NCBI GenBank assembly: GCA_913031385.1
Contig: CAJWCT010000001.1
Coordinates: 1 to 63,832, forward strand
DNA: 63,832 nt
Direction: 5' to 3'
Source of the DNA: an uncultured Flavobacteriales bacterium
GTDB lineage: Bacteria > Bacteroidota > Bacteroidia > Flavobacteriales > Flavobacteriaceae
The notes beneath the pieces were generated by a model, which had not been told where the DNA came from, searched no databases, and was given only the letters and a program-made list of their open reading frames with translations. Positions 20,727 to 29,601 of this stretch are shown here, piece after piece; positions within the stretch are counted from its first letter, which is position 1; each line of letters opens with the position of its first letter. Made by a program: the position numbers and the translations under genes.

Positions 20727-21275
20727 ATGATTCATAGAAATATTATAATCATATTAATATTTTTCTTTTCAACCCAAATTATTTTTTGTCAAAACAATAA
20801 GGATGATGATGAAAAGAAAATTTTAGGTCCTGCAAAGGCAGCATTTTATTCAGCTGTTTTACCTGGTCTTGGACAGATTTATAATAAAAAATATTGGAAA
20901 GTCCCTATAGTTTATGGGGCATTAGCAGCAGGGATATATTATTATAATCATAATAATGATTTATATCATGACTATAGAGATGCATATAAAAGAAGACTAG
21001 CTGGTTTTACCGATGATGAGTTTTATGGAGATGGATCTGTTCCTGCAATCTCAAATGATGGCTTAATAAGAGCTCAGAAAAGTTTAAAAAGGAACAAAGA
21101 ATTGTCTATTCTTGTAACAATAGGTATATATGCGTTAAATATTATAGATGCAAATGTTGATGCTCATTTACTCCAATATAATCTCGATGAGAACCTTACG
21201 TTAAGTCCAAAATTAAATTATAATGAAATAAATTCAACATCCAATGTTTCATTATCACTAAAATTGAAATTATAA
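20727..21275 (+). CDS. DUF5683 domain-containing protein
   Basis: Signal/TM N-terminus plus the characteristic AAFYSAVLPGLGQIYNKKYWKVPIVYG segment. Confidence 0.7.
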   Translation: MIHRNIIIILIFFFSTQIIFCQNNKDDDEKKILGPAKAAFYSAVLPGLGQIYNKKYWKVPIVYGALAAGIYYYNHNNDLYHDYRDAYKRRLAGFTDDEFYGDGSVPAISNDGLIRAQKSLKRNKELSILVTIGIYALNIIDANVDAHLLQYNLDENLTLSPKLNYNEINSTSNVSLSLKLKL

Positions 21276-21324
21276 ATTATATTATTTTTAACAAGTATTT
21301 ATTATTAATTACTTTTCAATAACC

Positions 21325-21332
21325 TAATTTTG
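21325..21332 (+). promoter_or_regulatory. Candidate -7 promoter box (TAATTTTG)
   Basis: Exact TAnnTTTG match 31 nt upstream of the lepB ATG. Confidence 0.3.
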
Positions 21333-21363
21333 AAACTATAATAGTTATTCATAATATTCTAAA

Positions 21364-22941
21364 ATGAAGCCTTTACTTACTATTTTTTTATTAATTCATC
21401 TAATTCATGGATTAGGGACTTGGAAGTTATATTCAAGAGCAGGATATAAATCTTGGGAAGCATTTATACCCATCTATAGTATAATTATCTTAATGAAGAT
21501 AATTAATAGGCCAAAATGGTGGATTTTCCTTTTAATACTACCTGTTATTAATGTAATAATGATTCCTGTAATATGGATAGAATTATCAAGGAGTTATGGT
21601 AAAAATAATTATATAGACACATTATTGTCAGTTTTAACATTAGGATTCTATAACTACTATCTTAACTATTTTGTTAGTGTTGAATATATTAATAATAGAG
21701 ATACTAATCCGAAAAGCTCAAATGGTGAATGGACTAGTTCATTAATATTCGCAATCGTAGCTGCTACAATAATTCATACTTATTTTATCCAACCCTATAC
21801 AATTCCTACATCATCATTGGAAAAAACATTACTAGTAGGAGATTTTTTGTTTGTTAGCAAAATTAATTATGGAGCTAGAATTCCTATGACTACAATAGCT
21901 GCTCCAATGGTACATGACACACTCCCATTTCTAAAAACAAAATCATATATAAATAAAGAACAAATTCCTATCATATCTGAGATTCCATATCTAAGATTTC
22001 CTGGTTATCAAAAAATAAAGAACAATGATATTGTAGTCTTCAACTGGCCTGTTGATACAATGGTTAATATGTTTTATACTGACAAGAACTATTACAAGCC
22101 TATAGATAAAAAAACAAATTATGTGAAAAGAGCTGTGGGTATTCCTGGAGACACATTAGAGGTAATAAATGGCTATGTTTATATTAATGGAGATAAGAAT
22201 AAACTTCCTGAGGAAGCTAAACTTCAATTTTCATATTTAGTTCAACCCAAAAGGAATAGGTTTAGCAAGAAGGTAATGATTAATAAATATGACATTACTG
22301 ATGCATTTGGCATCATTAATCGAAATAACACTTATAAGTTTATGGGTTTGAGTGATACTGCATTAAACAAATTTAAATATCATCCTAATGTTGAATGGAT
22401 AGTTAAAGATACTCTACCAGAGGGTTATAGGGATTCAACTGTTTTCCCTCAAAATGAAAATTATAAATGGAACAATGATTTTTTTGGACCAATTTATATT
22501 CCAAAAAAAGACAAAAAAATAGAAATAAATATCAGTAATATTCCCTTATATAAGCGTCTTATTGATGTATATGAAAATAATGATTTAGTAATCAAAGGAA
22601 ATAAAATATATATCAATAATATAGAAGTTTCAGAATATACCTTTAAACAAGATTATTATTGGCTCATGGGAGACAATAGAGGAAATTCTCAAGATTCAAG
22701 ATCATGGGGATTTGTACCATTTGATCATGTTGTGGGTAAACCAGTTTTTAAGTGGTTTAGTTGGGATTCAAATGCTAAAGGACTTAAGAAGATTAGATGG
22801 AATAGACTATTTACTTCTATTAGTGGAGATGGGGGGCCTATAAACCTAATTATGGGTGCTATAACAATTCTAATTATTTTTTGGTTACTCAGTATTGATT
22901 ATAATAATTATCAAAAATGGTGGAGAAAAACAAAAAAATAG
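21364..22941 (+). CDS. lepB: Signal peptidase I (long flavobacterial form with N-terminal membrane domain)
   Basis: S26 motifs SSLEKTLLVGDFLFVSK (Ser region), VKRAVGIPGD (Lys region) and GDNRGNSQDSRSWGFVP. 525 aa. Confidence 0.92.
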   Translation: MKPLLTIFLLIHLIHGLGTWKLYSRAGYKSWEAFIPIYSIIILMKIINRPKWWIFLLILPVINVIMIPVIWIELSRSYGKNNYIDTLLSVLTLGFYNYYLNYFVSVEYINNRDTNPKSSNGEWTSSLIFAIVAATIIHTYFIQPYTIPTSSLEKTLLVGDFLFVSKINYGARIPMTTIAAPMVHDTLPFLKTKSYINKEQIPIISEIPYLRFPGYQKIKNNDIVVFNWPVDTMVNMFYTDKNYYKPIDKKTNYVKRAVGIPGDTLEVINGYVYINGDKNKLPEEAKLQFSYLVQPKRNRFSKKVMINKYDITDAFGIINRNNTYKFMGLSDTALNKFKYHPNVEWIVKDTLPEGYRDSTVFPQNENYKWNNDFFGPIYIPKKDKKIEINISNIPLYKRLIDVYENNDLVIKGNKIYINNIEVSEYTFKQDYYWLMGDNRGNSQDSRSWGFVPFDHVVGKPVFKWFSWDSNAKGLKKIRWNRLFTSISGDGGPINLIMGAITILIIFWLLSIDYNNYQKWWRKTKK

Positions 22942-23550
22942 ATGGATATATTATTTCACCCTCATTATCTTCCTAATATTTCAAATTTTTTTTTATTAGT
23001 TAATTCAAAAAAAGTGATTTTTGAAATTAGTGACAATTATCAAAAACAAACTTGTAGAAATAGAACCTACATATATGGAGCTAATGGTAAACTATTATTG
23101 TCCGTTCCAGTAATTCATTCCCAAAAAAATAGAAAAATATTTAAAGACGTTAAAATTTCATATGATCAAGATTGGCTAAGTCAACATTGGAAATCTCTTG
23201 AAATTTCATATAGAAGCTCGCCTTTTTTTGAATTTTTTGAAGACAAATTAATATGTCTCTATAACAAAAAAGAAAAATATTTAGTTGACTTTAATTTAAA
23301 ATCTATAAATATTTTATTTGAAATGTTACAAATTGATTTAGAATATGACTTTACGAATTCTTATGAAGAAAATTATTCTAGTATATCAGATTACAGAATA
23401 AACTCTGAAAATTTTAATTCTAATGAAATTAAAATAGATAGATACACTCAAGTATTTCAATCAAAACATGGATTTATAAATAATTTATCTGTTTTAGATT
23501 TAATTTTTAATGAAGGTCCTAATGCAATTAATTTCTTAAAAACTAGTTAA
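22942..23550 (+). CDS. WbqC family protein
   Basis: Family-typical N-terminus (HPHYLPNISNF...QKQTCRNRTYIYGANGKLLLSVPV). It starts directly after the lepB stop. Confidence 0.75.
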   Translation: MDILFHPHYLPNISNFFLLVNSKKVIFEISDNYQKQTCRNRTYIYGANGKLLLSVPVIHSQKNRKIFKDVKISYDQDWLSQHWKSLEISYRSSPFFEFFEDKLICLYNKKEKYLVDFNLKSINILFEMLQIDLEYDFTNSYEENYSSISDYRINSENFNSNEIKIDRYTQVFQSKHGFINNLSVLDLIFNEGPNAINFLKTS

Positions 23551-24568
23551 CACTAAACTCTGAAAAAATTGGAAAATGATCAGAATAGGCAAATTTAAAT
23601 GTCTTAAAATTGTTTACTTTAAATGACTTATCAACCAGGATAAAGTCTATCCTTAAAGGAATCGAATTGAAACTATATGTCTGACCTAAACCATTTCCTT
23701 TCTCAAAAAATGAGTCTTTTAAATCAGATTTAATCAAATTATATACATATGAAAAAGCTGTATTATTGAAATCTCCTGATACCACTACTTTATACGGCGA
23801 CCTATTAATCTCCTGCATTACAATTTCTGCCTGATCCTGTTGAATTCTAAATGTATCACTAAAACTATTTATCAGCCTACTTGAATCATTATTAATAGAC
23901 GATATATCTATGTCCGATTTTAACTTAAACGACTGTAAATGAATATTAAATAACCTTATTGTATCATAGCCTACTTTAATATCAGAAAATATTGCGCTAT
24001 TTGTAGATTTTCTGAACTTAATCTCCCCTGAATTAATTATTGGAAATTTGGAGAAAATTGCTTGTCCATATTTTGTATTCTCACCACTTAGAGACATATA
24101 TTTAAAAGGATGATCAATTAAATTAAAGTTCTCTACATTATTATATTCTTGAATGCTAACTATATCAGGATTTGTTTTATTTATAAAATCTGCTATACTA
24201 TCTTTTACCCCCGTTTTCTTTATCCAGCTGTAAATATTAAACATTCTAACATTATAACTCATTATTGAGATTTTTTCGCCTCCAACATATTCTGAATTGT
24301 TTGAAAAATTTATAAATGATTTTACATAATTTAACCCCAATAATAATATAATAAAGGATAAAAGAAACTGTCTTTTTAGCTTAACAATCCAATAAACAAC
24401 AAATAACATATTAACAACAAAAATTATTGGTATTAGTAAACTTATTAGTGAAAGACTTGATAGAATAGATGGTTTAATTTTGGGTATTAAATATGATAAT
24501 ATTAGGATAAAAGCAAAAATTGAGTTAAGAATATATATCAATTTATCAAAGAAATTTAATTTTTTCAT
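23543..24568 (-). CDS. Membrane-anchored endonuclease/exonuclease/phosphatase (EEP) family protein
   Basis: N-terminal hydrophobic helices followed by an EEP fold (IMSYNVRMFN..., SIQEY, C-terminal SDHFPI). ATG 24568 is chosen (track residue 15) to avoid overlapping the upstream gene. Confidence 0.75.
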   Translation of the reverse strand: MKKLNFFDKLIYILNSIFAFILILSYLIPKIKPSILSSLSLISLLIPIIFVVNMLFVVYWIVKLKRQFLLSFIILLLGLNYVKSFINFSNNSEYVGGEKISIMSYNVRMFNIYSWIKKTGVKDSIADFINKTNPDIVSIQEYNNVENFNLIDHPFKYMSLSGENTKYGQAIFSKFPIINSGEIKFRKSTNSAIFSDIKVGYDTIRLFNIHLQSFKLKSDIDISSINNDSSRLINSFSDTFRIQQDQAEIVMQEINRSPYKVVVSGDFNNTAFSYVYNLIKSDLKDSFFEKGNGLGQTYSFNSIPLRIDFILVDKSFKVNNFKTFKFAYSDHFPIFSEFSVN

Positions 24569-24572
24569 AGGC

Positions 24573-25343
24573 TTATTTTTTGCCTGATTTAAACAAATAT
24601 TCCTTTTCACTTTTACTTAAGCTATCATAGCCGCTTTTGCTTATCTTATCTAGTATTATATCGATTTTTTTTTGCCTAGAAAAATCCGCTGGAGATTCAT
24701 TTTTCTTATTTCTTGGTTTACGACGTTTGTAGAATCTTTTGAAATCTCCTATTCCATAGACTGAAGTATAATGGTAAAAACCTGCTAAATATCCTCCAAG
24801 ATGTGCAATAGCACCTCCATCAAGTGTCTTATTCGCAAACAGTCTTATAATGTCCATAAAAAAAAGCAGGAACATTATATATTTAAACTCAAACTTTATA
24901 AATGAAATTTTTATGAGGTGATTAGGCATGTAACAAAGCATAAAAAATAATAAAGCGTAAGTTCCCGCTGAAGATCCTATTAATGGTCCATTCCCATTAT
25001 AAAAAAGAAGAAAAAATAATGCCCCCAAAATTATCCCAGTAAAAAATATTCTAAGTGGAATTTTTTCACCATATAAATTTATAAGCTTTGTAGATGAATA
25101 ATAAATCATGATTAACATAAATATTAACTCATAAAAACCTTCATGAATAAAAGCATAGGTTATTATTGACCATGGATTATACAAATAATCACTAGTTAAT
25201 GCGAAATATTGATTAATGTATGGTAAGTTGAAGAGATCCAGAATTAAATAGGAAATATAAACAGCAATATTTAAAAAAATTATTTTTTCAAATGTATTTG
25301 AATTTCTAATTCTATATGATATATCAGAATATAAACTTTCCAT
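24573..25343 (-). CDS. Rhomboid-family membrane protein (divergent paralog with charged C-terminal tail)
   Basis: Multi-TM protein with GSSAGTYAL (Ser region) and AHLGGYLAGF (His region). The TM2 HxxxN-type motif is not recognisable. The C-terminal tail reads KKIDIILDKISKSGYDSLSKSEKEYLF. Confidence 0.7.
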   Translation of the reverse strand: MESLYSDISYRIRNSNTFEKIIFLNIAVYISYLILDLFNLPYINQYFALTSDYLYNPWSIITYAFIHEGFYELIFMLIMIYYSSTKLINLYGEKIPLRIFFTGIILGALFFLLFYNGNGPLIGSSAGTYALLFFMLCYMPNHLIKISFIKFEFKYIMFLLFFMDIIRLFANKTLDGGAIAHLGGYLAGFYHYTSVYGIGDFKRFYKRRKPRNKKNESPADFSRQKKIDIILDKISKSGYDSLSKSEKEYLFKSGKK

Positions 25344-26087
25344 TTAATACCAACGATTACTATTAAATTGATTCCTTTTCCAATAATACATTATTAAAAA
25401 TCCTGTCAATGCTCCACCTAAATGTGCTACATAAGCTGTATTACTAGGGCTAAAAAAAGAAAAACCAGAAATTGCTGAGATTAAATCTAAAATAATAATT
25501 CCAGGAATAAAATATTTCGCTTTTATTGGGACTGGGAAAAAGATCAACATCAATTTACTTTCCGGGAAAAACATGCCAAAAGCTACCAAAACTCCCATTA
25601 TTGCTCCCGAAGCTCCAACCATTAGTGAATTAAAAGATGACATAAAACTTAATAAATTACCCTCACCTAATACTCCAGACCATGCAGTATTATATTTTCC
25701 TTGATTTAAAATTTCGAATATTTGAGAAGAATCATATCCTACGTTAATTAATATTTCTAGATTAGAATAAAAATTGAAATACAAATAAATTATTTGAATG
25801 ATTGCAGCTCCAAGACCACATGATATATAAAAAAACAAAAATCTTTTTGATCCTAAAACTCCTTCAATTGCAACTCCAAACATCCATAAAGCAAGCATAT
25901 TAAATAAAATATGTGACAAACTACCATGCATAAACATATGCGATATTACTTGCCAAAAATGGAAAGATGCACTTTTAGGAAAATGCAAGCCAAATAGAGA
26001 ATAAGCTACATCTCCGGATAATGAGGCTCCTATAAACATGATAATGTTTATAATTAATAGCTGCTTTACTGTTTCCGTTAGTCTCAT
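25344..26087 (-). CDS. Rhomboid-family intramembrane serine protease
   Basis: Canonical motifs HMFMHGSLSHILFNM, GASGAIMGV and AHLGGALTGF. 247 aa. Confidence 0.88.
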   Translation of the reverse strand: MRLTETVKQLLIINIIMFIGASLSGDVAYSLFGLHFPKSASFHFWQVISHMFMHGSLSHILFNMLALWMFGVAIEGVLGSKRFLFFYISCGLGAAIIQIIYLYFNFYSNLEILINVGYDSSQIFEILNQGKYNTAWSGVLGEGNLLSFMSSFNSLMVGASGAIMGVLVAFGMFFPESKLMLIFFPVPIKAKYFIPGIIILDLISAISGFSFFSPSNTAYVAHLGGALTGFLIMYYWKRNQFNSNRWY

Positions 26088-26096
26088 GCTATTTTA

Positions 26097-27911
26097 TTAG
26101 ATAAATTTCTTTTCAAGTTCTTCAAATGTAATTGTAAAATATATTTTTTTATTAAAAGGAGATACAGTTGGCTCTTTACACGCAAATAGGCTATTTATTA
26201 TAAATTCTTGTTCATCTTTTAATAGTTTCTTTCCATTTTTTATTGCTAGACTCTTTGACATTAATTTTGCAGTTAGATCAGACTGACTAAAATTTTTGTC
26301 TGGAATATCATCTTTTATATTATCTAATAAATCTTGTATATATGATTCTACCCTTGTTGGATCTAAAAATGTAGGGATCGCCTCAAATAATAAATCACTA
26401 CTTGAAATCTTTTTAAAAATAAAACCTGACAACTTTAGTTGTTTTTTATAATTAACTAATATTTCAACCTCTTGAATTGCTAAGTTTATTTCTAATGGAT
26501 GAAGTAATTTTTGAGGCTTAGATCCATCAATTGTTATAAACTTTAAGAATTTTTCATACAATACTCTTTGATGAGCTCTATTCTGATTTACAACTATAAT
26601 ACCTGACTTAATTTTATTAACTAAATATTTATTATTTAATTGGTAAACTGAATTTGATTCAAAATTGTCGTCATTACTAAAATCTAAAGTATTTATCTTG
26701 CTGTCTTCTTCAATAGAATCTAATGAATCGCTATCAATTATTCTATTTTTATCCATCTCTAAATCTATATACATGTTTTTAGGAGATTTAATAGTATTAT
26801 TATCAAAAGGGTTATAATTCTCATTGACATCAATACCAACCTCTTGAATTTCTTGTTTTTTTCTATAAGAATAAGGTACTTCCATACTTTTATCATGACT
26901 AAAATCTAAAATTGGAGCAATGTTAAATTGGCCTAGGCTATGTTTAATAGAAGATCTTAAAATTGCATAAATTGAATGCTCATCATCAAACTTAATCTCT
27001 GTTTTGGTTGGATGAATATTTATATCAATAGATTTTGGATCTACTTCCATAAATAAAAAATATGATGGATTATATTTTAAATCAATTAATCCTTCAAATG
27101 CTGAATTTACAGAATGATTGAGGTATGGACTCCTAATAAATCTATTATTAACAAAGAAAAATTGTTCACCTCTGGATTTCTTTGAATATTCAGGTTTAAA
27201 CACAAATCCATTAATCTTTAGAATATCAGTTTCTTCATTTACAGGAACCAATTTTTCATTTGATTTTGCTCCAAATATATTTACTATTCTCTTTCTTAGA
27301 TTACTTTTTGGAAGATTAAATAATTCCGAGTCATTGTTATTAAAAATAAATTTAATTTCTGGGTGAGCTATAGAAATTCTATGAAATTCATTAATTATGT
27401 GTTTTAATTCAACATTATCAGATTTTAAAAAATTTCTTCTTGCAGGAATATTATAAAATAAGTTCTTAACTACAATTGATGTCCCAATTTTAGAAACTGT
27501 AGATTTATTCTCTACTATCTTATTTCCTTGAATTTTAATAATTTTTCCAAGATCATTGTTAGATTGCCTTGTTATTAATTCAACATGTGATACTGCTGCA
27601 ATACTAGCCAAAGCCTCACCTCTAAATCCTTTAGATCGAATATTAAAAAGATCTTTTGCGGATTTTATTTTTGAAGTAGTATGCCTCTCAAAGCATATTG
27701 ATGCATCACTTGAGCTCATGCCTATCCCATTATCAATTACCTGAATTAATATCTTACCAGAATTTTTGATAATCAATATAATTTCAGTAGCATTTGCGTC
27801 AATAGAATTTTCTAATAATTCTTTTACAACGGATGCTGGTCTCTGAACAACCTCTCCTGCAGCAATTTGATTTGCAACATTATCCGGCAATAAATGAATT
27901 ATATCTTTCAA
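26097..27911 (-). CDS. mutL: DNA mismatch repair protein MutL
   Basis: GHKL ATPase N-terminus (AAGEVVQRPASVVKELLENSIDA, DNGIGM, GFRGEAL). 604 aa. The C-terminal domain has non-canonical endonuclease-motif positions (see findings). Confidence 0.95.
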   Translation of the reverse strand: MKDIIHLLPDNVANQIAAGEVVQRPASVVKELLENSIDANATEIILIIKNSGKILIQVIDNGIGMSSSDASICFERHTTSKIKSAKDLFNIRSKGFRGEALASIAAVSHVELITRQSNNDLGKIIKIQGNKIVENKSTVSKIGTSIVVKNLFYNIPARRNFLKSDNVELKHIINEFHRISIAHPEIKFIFNNNDSELFNLPKSNLRKRIVNIFGAKSNEKLVPVNEETDILKINGFVFKPEYSKKSRGEQFFFVNNRFIRSPYLNHSVNSAFEGLIDLKYNPSYFLFMEVDPKSIDINIHPTKTEIKFDDEHSIYAILRSSIKHSLGQFNIAPILDFSHDKSMEVPYSYRKKQEIQEVGIDVNENYNPFDNNTIKSPKNMYIDLEMDKNRIIDSDSLDSIEEDSKINTLDFSNDDNFESNSVYQLNNKYLVNKIKSGIIVVNQNRAHQRVLYEKFLKFITIDGSKPQKLLHPLEINLAIQEVEILVNYKKQLKLSGFIFKKISSSDLLFEAIPTFLDPTRVESYIQDLLDNIKDDIPDKNFSQSDLTAKLMSKSLAIKNGKKLLKDEQEFIINSLFACKEPTVSPFNKKIYFTITFEELEKKFI

Positions 27912-27926
27912 TAATTAATAAAATTT

Positions 27927-28202
27927 TTAAATCAAGAAGAGCATTAAGAATAAAGCAATTAATATTAAAAAAATAATAATCAATCTTTTCTTTACTGAAC
28001 TATCAGTCTCCTTCTTATAATCTTCAACTGCATTTCTAAATTTTTTTCTAAAACTATTACTGTCTCCAACAGTAGTTCTATATTCATCAAATTGTGATTT
28101 AATTTTTCTAGGTTTTGCATGAGTTCCAACATAACTTTTCTCCTCTGAGAACCTCCCTGAATGATCATATCTTTTATTTTTTCTTAATTTAAAAATGCCC
28201 AT
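27927..28202 (-). CDS. Hypothetical small tail-anchored, lysine-rich membrane protein
   Basis: 91-aa ORF filling the mutL-ribH gap. A basic, hydrophilic N-terminal 70 aa is followed by a single C-terminal TM (LIIIFLILIALFLMLFLI). No recognisable family. Confidence 0.5.
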   Translation of the reverse strand: MGIFKLRKNKRYDHSGRFSEEKSYVGTHAKPRKIKSQFDEYRTTVGDSNSFRKKFRNAVEDYKKETDSSVKKRLIIIFLILIALFLMLFLI

Positions 28203-28274
28203 AGTATAATTATTAAATTTAACAAATATCTTATTAAAATCGAACTGTTAAATAATAGTATTTCAAAAGAGATG

Positions 28275-28751
28275 CTATTTAATAGAAGCTATTTTAATTG
28301 CAGCTACTGCAGATTCAACACCTTTATTTCCATGTTTTCCACCTGATCTATTAATTGATTGTTGAATATTATGGTCTGTTAAAACACAAAATACTATAGG
28401 AACATCATTGATTATATTAAGTTGTGATATTCCATTTGAAACAGACTCACATATATAATTATAGTGATCTGTTTCTCCTTTGATAATACATCCTATAGCT
28501 ATTACAACATCTACTTCCCTGTTTTGCATTTTTTTGCAACCATAAATTAATTCAAAACTTCCAGGAACTTCGATTTTCTTGATATTGGCATCCTTAGCTC
28601 CATATTTAAGCAAAGTTTTATAAGCTCCATCGCACAGATTGTCTGTAATATCTTTATTCCAAGTAGAAACAACTAAACCAAATTTCATAGCATGAACTTC
28701 TGATATAGCATCAGATCCTAAGTCAAAATTATTATTAATATATGTAGCCAT
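28275..28751 (-). CDS. ribH: 6,7-dimethyl-8-ribityllumazine synthase
   Basis: 158 aa with family-typical segments (FGLVVSTWN, VPGSFEL, GCIIKGETDHY, GNKGVESA). Confidence 0.93.
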   Translation of the reverse strand: MATYINNNFDLGSDAISEVHAMKFGLVVSTWNKDITDNLCDGAYKTLLKYGAKDANIKKIEVPGSFELIYGCKKMQNREVDVVIAIGCIIKGETDHYNYICESVSNGISQLNIINDVPIVFCVLTDHNIQQSINRSGGKHGNKGVESAVAAIKIASIK

Positions 28752-28752
28752 T

Positions 28753-29517
28753 TTATTTTAATAAAGCTTTCGCTTTAGATATAAATACATCAATATTTTC
28801 AGCAAAAATGGTGTTAGGAAAATCTGATTTAATTCTGGAAAAATAATTATAGGACTTTTTGTTCTTTTTTAATTCCATTGAAACGTGTGCAGCTTTCAGC
28901 AAATACATTGCAGTAGTATAATCATTTGTATTTATATCAATTGCTTTCTCATAATAGTCAAGAGCATCTTCTAACTGATCAAGTTGTACAAAACAATCAC
29001 CAATAGATCCTTTTGCTAATGAAGATAATATCTGATCATCAGAATTAAATTGTGAAAGATATTTTATAGAATTCTTATAATCCTTTAATTTTAAATAAGA
29101 CATTCCTACATAGTAATTTGATAGATTGGAGGCATTAGTTCCAGAATATTTGTCTATAATCTCTAAAAAGCCCATTTTCATGCCATTACCATTTATAGAA
29201 AGTCTGTATATAGAGTCATTATTTTCGTCAAGAGCTTGTTCAAACAATCTCTGGGCTGCAAACATGCTATCCATGGAATTAACTTCTTTAGGTTCCTTTA
29301 TATATTTAAAATATCCAAAATAACCTAAAACTACTATTGCAGTTAAACCTATAAGCCCAAATATATATTTCTGATTTTTAGCTACCCATTTTTCAGTTTT
29401 AGATGCACCCTCATCTAGAGTATTAAAAACATTTGCTGTAGCAGATTTTTGACCTATATCCCCTATCTTATTAGAAAAAGGTTTCTTCTTAAATCCTCTT
29501 TTTTTATAAGTTGCCAT
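28753..29517 (-). CDS. Membrane-anchored tetratricopeptide-repeat protein (YfgM-like architecture)
   Basis: Cytoplasmic N-terminus, one TM (IFGLIGLTAIVVLGYFGYF), then TPR-like repeats. Confidence 0.65.
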   Translation of the reverse strand: MATYKKRGFKKKPFSNKIGDIGQKSATANVFNTLDEGASKTEKWVAKNQKYIFGLIGLTAIVVLGYFGYFKYIKEPKEVNSMDSMFAAQRLFEQALDENNDSIYRLSINGNGMKMGFLEIIDKYSGTNASNLSNYYVGMSYLKLKDYKNSIKYLSQFNSDDQILSSLAKGSIGDCFVQLDQLEDALDYYEKAIDINTNDYTTAMYLLKAAHVSMELKKNKKSYNYFSRIKSDFPNTIFAENIDVFISKAKALLK

Positions 29518-29582
29518 AAATTTTAAATATTCAAGCGGTAAAAATAAAATTTTTATTCGTAATAAAAGGATAAATTATTTGT

Positions 29583-29590
29583 TATTTTTG
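29583..29590 (+). promoter_or_regulatory. Candidate -7 promoter box (TATTTTTG) for recF
   Basis: Exact TAnnTTTG match 55 nt upstream of the recF ATG. Confidence 0.3.
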
Positions 29591-29601
29591 AATGAATAGA
29601 T

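Noticed and set aside
23543-24568. The idea that the EEP-fold protein downstream of mutL supplies the missing mismatch-repair nickase.
   Set aside because: The protein has several N-terminal TM helices and looks like a membrane-anchored phosphoesterase. There is no evidence for DNA binding. It is mentioned only as speculation inside the cluster finding.
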